Sequence record: MN445185.1
DNA length: 64,000 bases
Direction: 5' to 3' (one strand)
Source: Escherichia phage vB_EcoM_EC001
The translations under genes and the position numbers were made by a program. The notes below the pieces were generated by a model, which made no database searches, had not been told where the DNA came from, and was given only the letters and a program-made list of their open reading frames with translations. Below, piece after piece: positions 48,350-60,700 of this stretch (position 1 is the first letter of the stretch; each line of letters starts with the position of its first letter).

Positions 48350-51300
48350 TTAGGTACGGAACATAAGATTGACCTGGATAATATCAGGCTGTTGCCATCC
48401 TCTCTCGTTCACCCAATCGTGCGCAATCGTTAACGTAAGATCATCGCCATCCCACGCCACGATCGGTGGTGGGAATAAACCCTGAGCGCCCGTGGTAACA
48501 ACCGGAATTGCACCCGCCACATCCACAAACGTGTAGCTACGGCTGTTCAAAACAACTGGTGTGCCGTAGGTCTCTCCCCCCAATGGTAAGATTTGAATCT
48601 TACTATCCGAAAGATCGGTGGTGATTGGTAGTCCCCCCGCGTCCGTGAAAAGCCAAGAGCAAATATGCTGGTTGGCCATCTCAAGCGCTGGGGAACTCAA
48701 CACAGCAGCGAAAGTAAACGTACATGGCACGCCTGCGGGCAGAGAATGCTGTTTGTGATACACGGTATGTGGTGTCGGCATTAACACTTCTGGATTTTCA
48801 TCAATGTTAACATCCTTACCTTCCGCCTCGACGTTGTAGAGAAATCTATCTACCGTATCCCATGGGGCGATGTTGACATTAAAGGTCGTTTCTACTCCCG
48901 GTGTACCTGGGACGACGAATTTACTTTGTATCACCACTATCATCATTCCTGAGGTCGGAGAGAAAGCAGGCGTAGGGATACCCACCCACTCCATTCCCAA
49001 CGATGCCGCTTCACCGTTCTCATCGGCCGTTACCGTCGCAATTGTTGTAGGATGTTTCCAAAACGCCCCCGACTTGTTTGCCTGAGTAAACGCCGGCAAA
49101 GTTTTCAAGCCTTCGAAACGTTTGGAGACCATCGGTTTACCGCGACGCTGTGCGTCAGATACGGTATAAAGCAACTGACTATCCAGATAGCCTTTCGTAG
49201 CATCGATCGACAAAGGACCCATCGCTTCTTTACGCAATGGTGCCAGTCTGCCCGTTGCCGCATCCCTTCCCACTTCCACATCATGCTTATTCTCAACCGC
49301 CGCATGTTCCAACAGTTGTTTCACCGCACCCAATCGCTTAGCATGTTCGACGTTAGTCTCGACGACTCGCGACGAGCCCGTTTTAACATACCCGATATAG
49401 AGTTCCGTTTCAGTGTCTGGATGTTGAACCACGTCCATTACGTACTTCGGTGTACCATTTTCTACCTTGGCGTGCAGGTAGAATGTCCGGTTCTGATGGT
49501 TTGTTGGAAATGCTGCGCTGAGGTCAATATACCACGTAGGCAGCTTATAAGTGCTCGAGCCGAAACGCAGGTCAACTTCCTCAGTCACATATACCAGCCA
49601 ACCTTCAGCTGTTTCCACACCAGCAATGACGACCGATTCAGTCGGGCCACTAAAATTAGGAGCCGCGACAAAATCTCTCGACGACGTTGCGATACCACCA
49701 CAATAGACGTAGTCGAGAGATGAGTTGTGTAACATCACTTGATCGCGATGTGCCAGATAAGCTGGACTGACTGGAGTGTGTGACGGTGCCATACGTCCAA
49801 CGCCGTGTGCGGCAGAAGAACGCGTCCAAGTACCATTAGACAGCGTAAGACCAACAGCGTAGTTAAGCGCACCCAAGTCGCCAATCAGGCGCAAGGTTAA
49901 CGTGTGTGGAAGATACAACCCGAACTGCGTACCATCTACCGACACCATGGTAGGTTGTCCCGGCCGGCGTGTTTTTCCTCCCGTTATCTCTCCCAACGTA
50001 GCATAGTTCAAGCCATAGTCGAGGTTGTTATAGAAGTCAAACAATGCCAATATCGCTGCCGGGAATGTTACCTGCCCGTTGCTGATTGTTGGTTTCAGTG
50101 TAAAGTAGTAGATATCCAACACGTTAACGTTGTTCACAGTACGCGTACATGCTACTTGTGCTAACGTGAGCGGTGTGGCCGTACCAATGCCGATGAACCA
50201 AACAGAGAACAGTGCCTTTCCTGCGTTATTTGCGGCAAGGATATATTCCGAAGCATAACCATTCGCAGCGCCTGCCGGTGCTCCGTCGATGATCATCTGC
50301 TTCATCTTATTCCATTCAGCTTGTGACAGCGTCAACCGATCGGCATGAATCGTGAAAGTGCCAGAAACGTTGTGGTAAGGGAATGTTTCTGGCCCTGTGC
50401 AATACCAGCCGTTTAACTCTGTACCAGGCGACGCCGGTGTAACAATGTGGCACATCTGCGACAGATTCTCGTACGTGGTAGAATCCACTACACGACGATT
50501 GTTAGTTGGTCCATACCCCACTTTACCTGAGTAAGTGGTGTTCGGATCAAACTCAACCTCAATTGCCAAACGGGAACGTGGCTGTGACAACCAGATAAGT
50601 CTGGAATTCGCTCCCAGAGTCAGTGGATACGCCATACCCAGCTCGTAGATAGAACCACGACCTTGGTTTAACGTTACCGCACTAAACCTTCTGGCAGTGA
50701 AGTTGTAGTCGCACGACAGGTACTCGTACCAACTCACACCGTCGTCTAACGTGGTAATCGTGACAATTGGCATTAGGTCACGATCGCTGGCATGTCCTTG
50801 CGAAACGATATATTTGTCTTGCGATGTTGCAAAGGTTTGGTTATTAGCTTGACCTTCGCCCCACTTCCGGCTCGGAATCCCAATCTCAGCACCACCGTTA
50901 TAACGAACCGCGGTAAGATCAGCCACAATAGGGAATCGATCAGCCCCTTCCAGCGTTACCGTCATTGAACTGCAATCAACAACAAAGCTTGACACCCATT
51001 GTTTAAAGCTAATCGTCTGCCCTGTGCTGGAGGCAAACCAGACTGTTGGCGTTAAACCAACACGAAAGTTCAGCCCATCAACACCAATCGCGTGATTACA
51101 CTCAGGACCATGTACAAAGTTAGTTGCATTGTTCCACTTCGCTAACGCGTCTGCGTAGATCTGTGTAACTGGTGCTGGGAGCGCATCGGAAGGTGCACGT
51201 TTCTGTCCCTGTCGCAGATAAACGTTTTCACCCGACGTTAATATCCCGCCTGTTAACGCATCCGCCACAAACGTGTTGCTACCACCCGGATTAAGTTCGT

Positions 51301-53533
51301 TGAGTGCGATGCTACGCATACTCACGAAATAGTTACCGGAGGTAAGCACCGTACGCAACAGGTAGACACGTTCATTACAAACAATCAAATCGTCTGTAGA
51401 AGCGTTTGGAGCCCACGGTGCTGTCGTTACTGTGCCCGCACCATTACCGTTCTTGTAATCACCCAACACCACTTTAACAACACGATGATGTTTTGCATGG
51501 TCAATCGTCCCATCGAAGATGACCAGGTAGTACGCACCGTCACTGCCTAAGCAGATCATTGCATCGGTACCGGTAATCACAATAGCAACCAGATTCACCC
51601 CAGGATACGCCGACATTCCAGCGGGTCGATAGCGTACGGACGTCTGCTGCATATTTTCCAGCGTATTGCTTGGCGACACATCAGCATAGGCGTAATAGAT
51701 AGCCCAGTCACCTGGTGGATTCCCGTTAGAACCGTTACGGAGCGAGTAAACCTTACCAGACTCGTAACGCGCCAAACCTTTCTGCCAGGTTTGGTTTTTG
51801 GTGTACCCTTCGTAGTTCCCCTGGACAGGTATAGGCAAGAAGTTATTGTTGCCGTACGATGATCCGCCAACGGTCCATGCTGGCAACAACGTAGCAATCT
51901 TGTCGTTCAGTGTACCGATTTTCTGTTCGAGCAAGAAACCCTGGCGGGCAGTAACCATCTTATCTGTTGTGGTGTCAATAGCGTCCCACAGTTTAGCCAA
52001 ACCTGTAACAGACGTGGATGCGTACGGCACGTTATCGAGATCGGCAATGGTGTGGGTGTGCGTTGAGAGTGCCTTGCCTGATAGCACGGTGCGCAACGCA
52101 TTAGTAACCGGTTTCTCCAGCGGTCCGGTATTGTTCATCTTCTCAATACCGAAATCCGACGCGGTTAAGGTTAAATGCATTTGCCCGTTTTCGTCTAACA
52201 CAAACCCTTTACCATTGACCGTATACGTGTCGTCCACATATCCGTCGAGTTTGTTCTTCAAGTCAGTAACAGCTTTTTGGGAAATCGCTGTGGACGCCGC
52301 GGCGGACGCCGAAAGGTTAGTAATCGCAAACAAGCCCTGCACAGTTGTGGTTGCTGCAGGCAGCTCCGCATTCATGTAAACTTTGTTTGTTTCTTTACCA
52401 GAGCCGTAAATCTTCAACGTGTCGCTGGATTTGAAGTAGGCGTTTGCTGGAAGTATCTTCACCGAGGTCAAGTACATCTTAACCATATCCGGTGTAACGA
52501 GATACACGCCGTTATACACAGGTGCAAGCACACCCGCATCATAATCGCCCCATTTGTCACCTGCTTTACCCGAGTGAACCCAAAGCGTGTTCAGACCAGC
52601 GCTGAACTCCGTAGCGATACCCGGTTCGTTGTTATCCTGATCAGCTTTTAATACCAGCGGTTTTGTCGAGGTGATAATGAACTTCTCACCTTTCATGCTG
52701 ATAACGTGACCGGATGTTGTTTGGAACGTAATCGCGTCGTTATTCAGAACACGCATACGGCCCAGTAAATCACCCAGGGTATTATCCAGAAGCATGTCAA
52801 CGTGTTTTTGTTGGATGCCGCTGGTAGACATTAACGTCACTAACTCTGCCAGGGTACGTCCAAACGCCTTGGTCGCATCTACGGCCTTGCCGAGTACCGG
52901 GAGTGCGCCAATGTCACCGCAGGTGTAACCATGTGCATTTTTAATCAGATGGTGTTGATACATTTCGTCATCAAACACCTGCTTACCGTTCTGATAAATC
53001 AAATCGGTAACTTCGGCAAATGCCTCATCCAGTTCGTGGGCACGTTCTAAAATGCCCAGTCGGATATCTTCCAGCGCCTTTACAATCTCATCGCGAAGGA
53101 TGGCTTCTTCGAGATCTTTTGGCGGATCGATTGGTGAAATGATCGGCGGATATTTCATCAACTCAGACCAATCGCAGTTACGCGGGTCTTTCATATCCGT
53201 CTTAACCAGATACTTGCCGATTTCAGAAGCAGGGATGCGATACTGTCGACCAACCGACAACAACTCGTATTCTAGCTCTGTGGCGTTCAGCAGCATTATG
53301 CTGCCGTATATTGCATCGTTCTCAGCCTCGGCTAATTCCTGGAAGTAATGTCCTAAGAAATAATCAAGACCTTCTATTAACTTGCGTTTGGTTCCGGTTG
53401 TTTTATCGGTAACGGTTAACGTTAACCCGATGCGATAGAACGGTGCTTCGACGGGAATGACCGTCGAATAACGGTTCGGGTAAGTAGCGGTACTGAGGGT
53501 ACCGTTAAACTGCGCCGCATCTTCTCTCGGCAT
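48350..53533 (-). CDS. Giant tail-fibre-like structural protein (about 1727 aa)
   Basis: ATG 53533 with AGGAG SD; track TTG start 53578 lies in a hairpin region; shared fibre N-domain. Confidence 0.75.
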   Translation of the reverse strand: MPREDAAQFNGTLSTATYPNRYSTVIPVEAPFYRIGLTLTVTDKTTGTKRKLIEGLDYFLGHYFQELAEAENDAIYGSIMLLNATELEYELLSVGRQYRIPASEIGKYLVKTDMKDPRNCDWSELMKYPPIISPIDPPKDLEEAILRDEIVKALEDIRLGILERAHELDEAFAEVTDLIYQNGKQVFDDEMYQHHLIKNAHGYTCGDIGALPVLGKAVDATKAFGRTLAELVTLMSTSGIQQKHVDMLLDNTLGDLLGRMRVLNNDAITFQTTSGHVISMKGEKFIITSTKPLVLKADQDNNEPGIATEFSAGLNTLWVHSGKAGDKWGDYDAGVLAPVYNGVYLVTPDMVKMYLTSVKILPANAYFKSSDTLKIYGSGKETNKVYMNAELPAATTTVQGLFAITNLSASAAASTAISQKAVTDLKNKLDGYVDDTYTVNGKGFVLDENGQMHLTLTASDFGIEKMNNTGPLEKPVTNALRTVLSGKALSTHTHTIADLDNVPYASTSVTGLAKLWDAIDTTTDKMVTARQGFLLEQKIGTLNDKIATLLPAWTVGGSSYGNNNFLPIPVQGNYEGYTKNQTWQKGLARYESGKVYSLRNGSNGNPPGDWAIYYAYADVSPSNTLENMQQTSVRYRPAGMSAYPGVNLVAIVITGTDAMICLGSDGAYYLVIFDGTIDHAKHHRVVKVVLGDYKNGNGAGTVTTAPWAPNASTDDLIVCNERVYLLRTVLTSGNYFVSMRSIALNELNPGGSNTFVADALTGGILTSGENVYLRQGQKRAPSDALPAPVTQIYADALAKWNNATNFVHGPECNHAIGVDGLNFRVGLTPTVWFASSTGQTISFKQWVSSFVVDCSSMTVTLEGADRFPIVADLTAVRYNGGAEIGIPSRKWGEGQANNQTFATSQDKYIVSQGHASDRDLMPIVTITTLDDGVSWYEYLSCDYNFTARRFSAVTLNQGRGSIYELGMAYPLTLGANSRLIWLSQPRSRLAIEVEFDPNTTYSGKVGYGPTNNRRVVDSTTYENLSQMCHIVTPASPGTELNGWYCTGPETFPYHNVSGTFTIHADRLTLSQAEWNKMKQMIIDGAPAGAANGYASEYILAANNAGKALFSVWFIGIGTATPLTLAQVACTRTVNNVNVLDIYYFTLKPTISNGQVTFPAAILALFDFYNNLDYGLNYATLGEITGGKTRRPGQPTMVSVDGTQFGLYLPHTLTLRLIGDLGALNYAVGLTLSNGTWTRSSAAHGVGRMAPSHTPVSPAYLAHRDQVMLHNSSLDYVYCGGIATSSRDFVAAPNFSGPTESVVIAGVETAEGWLVYVTEEVDLRFGSSTYKLPTWYIDLSAAFPTNHQNRTFYLHAKVENGTPKYVMDVVQHPDTETELYIGYVKTGSSRVVETNVEHAKRLGAVKQLLEHAAVENKHDVEVGRDAATGRLAPLRKEAMGPLSIDATKGYLDSQLLYTVSDAQRRGKPMVSKRFEGLKTLPAFTQANKSGAFWKHPTTIATVTADENGEAASLGMEWVGIPTPAFSPTSGMMIVVIQSKFVVPGTPGVETTFNVNIAPWDTVDRFLYNVEAEGKDVNIDENPEVLMPTPHTVYHKQHSLPAGVPCTFTFAAVLSSPALEMANQHICSWLFTDAGGLPITTDLSDSKIQILPLGGETYGTPVVLNSRSYTFVDVAGAIPVVTTGAQGLFPPPIVAWDGDDLTLTIAHDWVNERGWQQPDIIQVNLMFRT

Positions 53534-53628
53534 TGCAAACACTCCTAATCTGTAATAAAACGGAGACCGCCCTCCCAATAACGGAAGGGCGGTTTACCTA
53601 CGGACTACCCGCCCGTAGGCAGTCCGTC

Positions 53629-56600
53629 CTAAGAGGCCCACTCACCCGAGTTGTTGCCTTCGTTTCTACGTTCAGTATCCAACGTTTGTAAAATCCAATC
53701 CCATGTCCTGGTGGGGATGTGGAATGGATTACGCTTCTCAATGAGAATCGTCTCGCCACCCGTGCGAAGTTCCACCGGTGTCGTTTCAGTAATCACGAAC
53801 ATCGGATTACCACTACTACCCACACCGTTAATAGTGAACTTCGCTTGTAGCGGCGGCACAGAACCTTCCGGAGGCACGAACACGATGTGAATTGGCTGCA
53901 TCGGTTTCGTGCGGGCAAGAGTCCCAGATATCTGAACAGCTGTTGTCGATGCACTGAAAGGTATAACATTACCCGGAATTTTCTCACTACCCACGACGAT
54001 ATATCCAGGGTAGTTAGAGAGCATTGTCCCATTTACCGACACAAAACGCTCAGTTTGAGTTGGGCGATAAGCCCGCATAAAGCCGTACTTCCATTCACCA
54101 CCGTTAGACGTATAGTCTGCAGGAGCCGACTCAAGTAGCGGAGCACCACGTTTCTGCAGCCCTTTATAAAACGGCGCTGGGAGTTTACCGTTCGGTGCAA
54201 GTTCCGGATAACCCTCACTTGCAGCAGACATCGTGATGTATTCCGTAACCGGGTGATCAACGTTATCTCCAAATGACGCAAAAGGTACCGTTGTTACTGT
54301 CATCTCCTCGTGGCCGGAAGACTGTCTATCTGGTGTCCTTTCAATATACGACTCAAACAGTGAACGTAAATAATGGAAACGATTTATATCCACATCTGAG
54401 ATGATCGGCTGCATCAAACCGTGGTTAATAGTCACGTTGTCTCCAGTTTCAATACCGGAAACGTGGATGGCTAGCGCCCCACCTTTAAAGTAATCGATCG
54501 CATCAAACGGAATGTCGTATTCCATTTCGTAAACCTGCACCAGCGGATTGGCTATCAACTTAGAAACCATTGAGATGCGCAGTACCTGCGTATCAACAAT
54601 GTATCGATAACGTACAAGCCAACGATCTCCAAGCGGCGCAAGCTCACTATCGGTATGAACCGAAAGAAAATCTAAACACTCGGTAGATTGGCTCGTCAGG
54701 TTTTTAATTACCCTCGGATTTTCAAGCACCTTATTTGTAACACTGCCCTGCGTGGTCGAGATGATGCCTCCAGTTGCTTGGTTATAAGGAGACGTGATGA
54801 AGCCACAATTCAATTCTGGACGATTGCCACTCCATCTCAGTACCCTAGTCTTGCTTTTATCATCTGCAGACGGGGCCATGAAGTTTAATGTGATATCGCG
54901 ATCGCGAACAGTTTGCGCTTCCGACAAATCAACATCGACCACCACAGAACCTTCAAACGTCGCCATCCCTTTTTCTTTCGGGTTGCTTGGTGTAAACCAG
55001 CAGTACGGTGATGCGCTTTCTGTGGAGACAACCGCTCCAACAAACACTAGGCTTGAAATGGTGCTATCAAATTTATAATCGAATAACCCTCGGTCTAATC
55101 GAATATAGTGGTTACCAGAAACTGGACTATTAGGGTACGCATAAAGCCACTGTTTAGGCAACGGATCGACTTTGTTTAGCGGTAACATTTTTGGGTTATC
55201 CGTCAACGACCAGTCGGCATTACTCACTCCGTGTGCCAGACGTGTTTCGAAGTGCCGTTTAAGTTCGGACGCCATGCCAAAATCAAACGTCGTTTCAAAC
55301 TCGTAAGTCGTACCTGCAACCAATCCCGTCTCTGGTACATCAATATGTCCGATATAGCCGCGTTCCAAGTTAATACCTTCCGTGTCCACAATAGGTTCGG
55401 CGCGCGAATATAACGCATCGGTTATCATGTTCACATAGAGGTAATGCCTTAAACCATTCGGCGTCTTAACAAACTCCTGCAGGCGGGCAACTTTGGTGTT
55501 TTTATCCGAGGCCCCAACCGCAAAGTCACCGTCGTAAATTGTGAAACGAATTGCGGCTGCTTTAGCGCTATCGTTACACTCGGCACGGAATGCTAAGCAG
55601 TGTTGCTTCCACCCCTCCTTGACAGTCGCCTCCAGATACCCCGCTTCTGTAATACCCGCACCGATAATTTCACCGTCCAGATAAACAGAAACAGCACCAC
55701 CGCCACGAACCCAAATCCGCAGCTTACCAGAGTCGCAACGAACCCACGTTTTCGCCAAGAGGTTAACGACTGACAAATCACCCATTCCGGTTGTCGTTAA
55801 ACCAATCTGCGCACCGTAGTTCGTTTCCGGGACGGCAACCTCAAACCCACTAAAATCAATACCGGCACCGGTATTAATTACCGCGTTCTGCCACGTTCTT
55901 TCCATACGGTTATCTGGAGAGAACCACTGGAACATCGGTGTGGTTTGCAGGTCTATCGAACCAGATACCGTCCCCTCTTTACGTGCGCCATTTAACAGAT
56001 AGAAATAATTCAAATCCGTTATGGCGAGTGTGGTACGTGCTGACCCCACAGTCCAAGTCTTACCACGCACAGCGGCAAAATCGGTCACGGAATCCTCTTT
56101 CGCGTTTGCTAGCGCAGCTGCAACTACGTCTAAACGTTTTGACAAATCGTTCAGAACGTTCGGGGTAACGCCGCGATTACCCGACAAGCCGTTTAGGTTG
56201 GTAGAATATCGAGCGATACCGGGAACTGTTTGAGAAGCCGTTGGGATCTGTAAATCGGCGAAGTTGTGATGATGGCCTTTATCGCTAAGACCGGTAACTG
56301 CTTCTGCCAACGCATCAGAAAGTGGTTTATCGACGTCAGCTGTGTTATCAGCCAAGTCCAGACCCAAATCCTTTTTCGTTAGCGTTCGGCTACCAGTGTC
56401 CATCGGCTGGTTATTCAGCAGCGTTGTCTTCCTGACGTACGAAGACAGATCACCCTCGTACGGTAAGAGCGAAGCTGGGGTGGCTGCTTGTCCTTTGACT
56501 ACATCGCTCGGCTTATCAGTCAGCGTCACAACGCCGGGTTCAGAGGTCGTGGCGGGTTTGGCTGTAACCTTCCCGGTGACGGGATCGGCTTTTGACCCTT

Positions 56601-57759
56601 TGCCCGTGAAAGTAATACCGTTCACCCCGCTAATGTACAGTTTGTTGTCATCCGGGTCAACGGTACCGCCGCCGGTACCAGGGTCTTGTTGATAGCCCAT
56701 GAGAGCGGTGGTGGTCAGCAACGTTGTTCCGTTAAGTGTCAGCTTATCCATCCCCAAGGCACTGCCGGTTGACTCAATACGTAACGTATTGATGCCTGCT
56801 TTCCACTCCATAAACCGGACGGTTCCAGTAGTGTCAGCATACCCACACGCCAGCACGACAGAGCCATTAGATTTAAGAGTGAATGCCTCAGCAGAGAACA
56901 CAATTTCGGATTCGCCAGCAGGAGAACGGAACAGGGCACGAGTACCAGATATCGTCGCGTTAAACACCCCTTTGGATTCTTTCGATACCCATTTAGAAAT
57001 GTACTTGTCGATATCCGATTGTTGCAGGCCCAGTGCACGGACCTCGCTGGTTAATTGACGCAACGTCTTTCCATACGCCAGGAAAGTATCTGGCGTTTTC
57101 AGGTTGACAGGATGCGCCCCGGCCTGCGCCGCGGTAGTCCCATGAGGGTTAGTGGACGCAATGTGTCCGGGGTAGTTAAATGTGGCGATTTCAGTTCCTA
57201 AGCCCAGAACCGTATCTTTCAGCTCGGTAAGCTTTTCACGAATCTGCTCGTTGGCCGCCCCGGCATCTAACTCCACATCATGCACTGCAGAGGCAACATA
57301 CTTTTTATTCAGCATGTCTGACCAAGCTACCGCTGCGGGGGTGGCTGGGTACAGGGAAGGTCGATTACCTAAAAGCAGCCAATCTGCAGCCGTTGGATTG
57401 TTGAGAGCCTTAATTAACTCATCCAACATCTCAATCAGACCACTGTAAAACGTACCCCCGAGCATCTGGCCTTCAAAGACCACTGCACCACGCAGTTTAG
57501 GGTTAATAAGATGCACCCCACAGAACACCGGGGTCGTCACCGAGTCGTCCAACGGCGTTAAAGCATACTCCAGCTCATAGTCCGTCCCGCGGGTAAGCGG
57601 TATGGTCGAGCCGGCGAGCATTACCACCAATCCTTCGAAAAATGGGCGATGATCTAGCATCACCACCCGATCGTTAGGATTGTCGGAGTCGATGATACGT
57701 TCCTCGATGAAGTGACACTCGGGATTTACACCCCGAGGATCGTAAGGATACGTTTTCAT
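53629..57759 (-). CDS. Giant tail-fibre-like structural protein (1376 aa)
   Basis: AAGGAG SD; N-domain with PFF..GTDYELEY. Confidence 0.75.
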   Translation of the reverse strand: MKTYPYDPRGVNPECHFIEERIIDSDNPNDRVVMLDHRPFFEGLVVMLAGSTIPLTRGTDYELEYALTPLDDSVTTPVFCGVHLINPKLRGAVVFEGQMLGGTFYSGLIEMLDELIKALNNPTAADWLLLGNRPSLYPATPAAVAWSDMLNKKYVASAVHDVELDAGAANEQIREKLTELKDTVLGLGTEIATFNYPGHIASTNPHGTTAAQAGAHPVNLKTPDTFLAYGKTLRQLTSEVRALGLQQSDIDKYISKWVSKESKGVFNATISGTRALFRSPAGESEIVFSAEAFTLKSNGSVVLACGYADTTGTVRFMEWKAGINTLRIESTGSALGMDKLTLNGTTLLTTTALMGYQQDPGTGGGTVDPDDNKLYISGVNGITFTGKGSKADPVTGKVTAKPATTSEPGVVTLTDKPSDVVKGQAATPASLLPYEGDLSSYVRKTTLLNNQPMDTGSRTLTKKDLGLDLADNTADVDKPLSDALAEAVTGLSDKGHHHNFADLQIPTASQTVPGIARYSTNLNGLSGNRGVTPNVLNDLSKRLDVVAAALANAKEDSVTDFAAVRGKTWTVGSARTTLAITDLNYFYLLNGARKEGTVSGSIDLQTTPMFQWFSPDNRMERTWQNAVINTGAGIDFSGFEVAVPETNYGAQIGLTTTGMGDLSVVNLLAKTWVRCDSGKLRIWVRGGGAVSVYLDGEIIGAGITEAGYLEATVKEGWKQHCLAFRAECNDSAKAAAIRFTIYDGDFAVGASDKNTKVARLQEFVKTPNGLRHYLYVNMITDALYSRAEPIVDTEGINLERGYIGHIDVPETGLVAGTTYEFETTFDFGMASELKRHFETRLAHGVSNADWSLTDNPKMLPLNKVDPLPKQWLYAYPNSPVSGNHYIRLDRGLFDYKFDSTISSLVFVGAVVSTESASPYCWFTPSNPKEKGMATFEGSVVVDVDLSEAQTVRDRDITLNFMAPSADDKSKTRVLRWSGNRPELNCGFITSPYNQATGGIISTTQGSVTNKVLENPRVIKNLTSQSTECLDFLSVHTDSELAPLGDRWLVRYRYIVDTQVLRISMVSKLIANPLVQVYEMEYDIPFDAIDYFKGGALAIHVSGIETGDNVTINHGLMQPIISDVDINRFHYLRSLFESYIERTPDRQSSGHEEMTVTTVPFASFGDNVDHPVTEYITMSAASEGYPELAPNGKLPAPFYKGLQKRGAPLLESAPADYTSNGGEWKYGFMRAYRPTQTERFVSVNGTMLSNYPGYIVVGSEKIPGNVIPFSASTTAVQISGTLARTKPMQPIHIVFVPPEGSVPPLQAKFTINGVGSSGNPMFVITETTPVELRTGGETILIEKRNPFHIPTRTWDWILQTLDTERRNEGNNSGEWAS

Positions 57760-57771
57760 TCAAAAATCTCC

Positions 57772-60700
57772 TTAATCACGAATAATAAGTGTTCGACCTG
57801 ACGTGTTTTGCGGATTGAACGTCATCATCTTGGATGGGTGTGTCGCCAGCGGAATTTTACCTGTATCCACTGGTCGGAACGAACTGTATGAATAGTTGCA
57901 CATCGCGCTGTTCATCTCATTAATCGTTGAACCTGCTTCCACCACGCCAGTAAAGAATCTTGCGCGGTTTAAGCCGGAATAGTTAATCGCATAGTCAAGG
58001 AACGTGGCGTAATAACGATTCTTTATCGGCATCGTGTTCAGGTTAGCGTAAGTCAAACGCGCTTCTGTGTCGGAACTAAACAAACCACCCGCGCCGTGAT
58101 AAATCGGCGTACTCGGATCGGTAATCAGTTTCGTCAAGTCGATATAATCAGGACGGAGACGGGTAGACAAATCCTCAGTCCACGACTCGCCGGTCGACTG
58201 CAAGGTGTATCTCAGCGTCTTTGTTGTCGCGGTTAGCGTCAGCTCAAAGTTGATCGTTTTGGAATCGATGTTAATCGTTCCCTCGAACGAAATACCGTCC
58301 GCTGTTCGCGTGTGGCTGAAACGCACCGACGGATTAAGTGCCGTCCAGTCATGGCCGGAACCAGTAACACCATTCAAGCCAATAACAACCTGCGCAGCAC
58401 GTCCGTAGTTAACCGCGATTCCCGCATACGTGCTCACGCCGCCTGGAGTGGTAATACGCCCTGCGGTGCGTGCGACGAGTACAGAAATACGGTGCATGAA
58501 CGTGGCCGAGTGATGGCAACACCCAATTACCGTTTCTAGCACACTGTCCGCTGTTGCGGTTAAAGGTGTCCACGTTGCGGTAATGCCGTTATTCTGGAAC
58601 ATCGGGAATGTGTTGTGGACAAAACGATAATCGGTTACAGATAAACTGGTTGTTTTAAACGTCCATTTATCAGCAGCCGGATCGTAGTCCGCTTTCAACA
58701 TAGGCGTATAGCTGCTAGCCTGCGCGTAACGCCAATCAGCATCTATACGTTTTGTACCCGGTGCGCCCGTGGACCACACAGGCCCGCCTGTACCGTAAGT
58801 AAATCCGAATTCAGCTTGCGTCATGCTCCGTCGAATATGGGCGTTATCATCCTCGATATGCTCGCCTAATTCACGAAACTCACCTAAACGCGTCACGTTG
58901 CGGATTTCTACAAAAACCACACCGGTTTCACTGGTGATGATGGAACCTATTTTGGTCATCGTCTCAGTTTCTGCCGTGTTTGGATTTTCGTAGATAATGT
59001 ACTTGCCATCATCGCCCGCCGCGTCAACATACACGCCAAACTCAGCATCTTCGTGCGTCGCTGGGAATAGCTCCGCCAAGTTAAATGTGGAGAGAGGTAC
59101 TTTGTACTCGCGACCAACGAAATAATCGTTCGCTTTAATAGTAACCATCCAGTCGGTGTAAGTGATGCCGTTTTCAATGATATCCGTGCCGGGTAAACCG
59201 TAACGAATAATGTTGATTGAAGCACCAGAGTCGACTGTCTTCGCAACCTTCTCTATCTCTGTGATAGCGTCCGCCTGTCGGATGACCACACCGCCGTCTA
59301 ATGCCAGCGTGGCATCGTCAACCACGGTGCCGAACTGTACTAAACCGAACTCCGTCGTTGTTGCACGCTTAATCCCGAACGCAGCAGAAGTGTGTTTGTG
59401 ACCGACGACTGCATACTTGTCCAGCTCAGCTTGTTGGAGCGGGGAAATCGGCAATTGCACATCTGGGATGTTCTGTACGTTCGATAAGCCGAAGTTAGTT
59501 TTATCGATGTAAATAGAACTCGTCAGTGGCATGTCGTTGATGTACGATTTAACGGCAACCAACTTGCCCGTAAACTGCTGATCCAATTTCTTGATGAGTG
59601 CCGGCGTTGCGGCCAAGTCCTCACGATCACCGAATTCAGTAGCCAACAAACGGACAGCCATCAGGCCAAGGTCGTCGGACTCCGGTGGAACAAAAGTACA
59701 AATGAACGGAACAGACTGAATACCGTTACCGTTAATAGTTACAGTAGCTGTGGATGTTCCGTAAAACAGTCCATCACCACCTGACTCGTTACCCGGCAAA
59801 TACGGCCCGACCGTAGTAGGGTCCAACAGTTTCTTACCGTTGAACTCCAATCCACGGGAATCCGGATAAAGGATGAGTTGGTTAGCACCGCCTTGCCATG
59901 TGATCGGGTTGTTCCCGGCGTTAACGGTTTGCGAATCGCGTCCAATAAAACGGATAACCCTCGGGTCAACCGTGAATTGTGCACCCACGCCTTCAGACTC
60001 ATCGGTACCCACTGCCGACGTTATCGAAGTCAGGCCAGGCTTCATACCGAACGTGCCGTTGATAGACTGTGCAGCCGCCGGTAAACGTAAAAGCTTATTC
60101 GCCAGCGTTGACAGTTTCGGCAACAGATTGTTAACGTAATCTGTCAGCTGCGGTTGCGTTTTTCCGTATACCAGTGTCGCGTCCGAAGCAATACCGTTAT
60201 TCTCCAAAGCACGGATTGCGCCCCACGAATCGCGATGTGGGTTATCCTTGCGCGGCACGTGCGCATGTGCCGGCGCATCACGGTACAGTTTATCGACAAT
60301 CTGGTGATATTTTACCAGCAGCTGGTACACGTCATTGTTAACGTCAGGTGCCGGTGCGCCTGGTAATGAACGAATCTGGACGTAATCGTTCTCACCTGCC
60401 CACCAGTTTAGGTTGACGCCCGATTTAAACTTCAACCATTTTGCGACATCAGTTTTCTGATACCCTGGTGCAAATTCGCTCGGTGGGTTGTCAACGTTAA
60501 AGCTGTAGTTAACGGTTTGCTTACTTGTTTTAACGATAATGTCGTAAACGCCGTTACCTTCGCGTCTGACCACGCTAAGCTCAATATCACCCGCCAACTC
60601 GGTATCGGTCAGGCCAGTCGTCAACGTATAGCTGTAATTAGACGAACCAGAACCAATCGCCGTCGTTAAGGTAAGATAAATCGCGCGTTGCTTCAACTGA

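Noticed and set aside
49052-49723. Plus-strand ORFs inside the giant fibre genes
   Set aside because: Antisense to long, well-supported minus-strand genes; no SD; typical shadow ORFs
53534-53578. TTG-initiated N-terminal extension of the 1742-aa ORF
   Set aside because: It overlaps the structured intergenic hairpins; ATG 53533 has an AGGAG SD at ideal spacing
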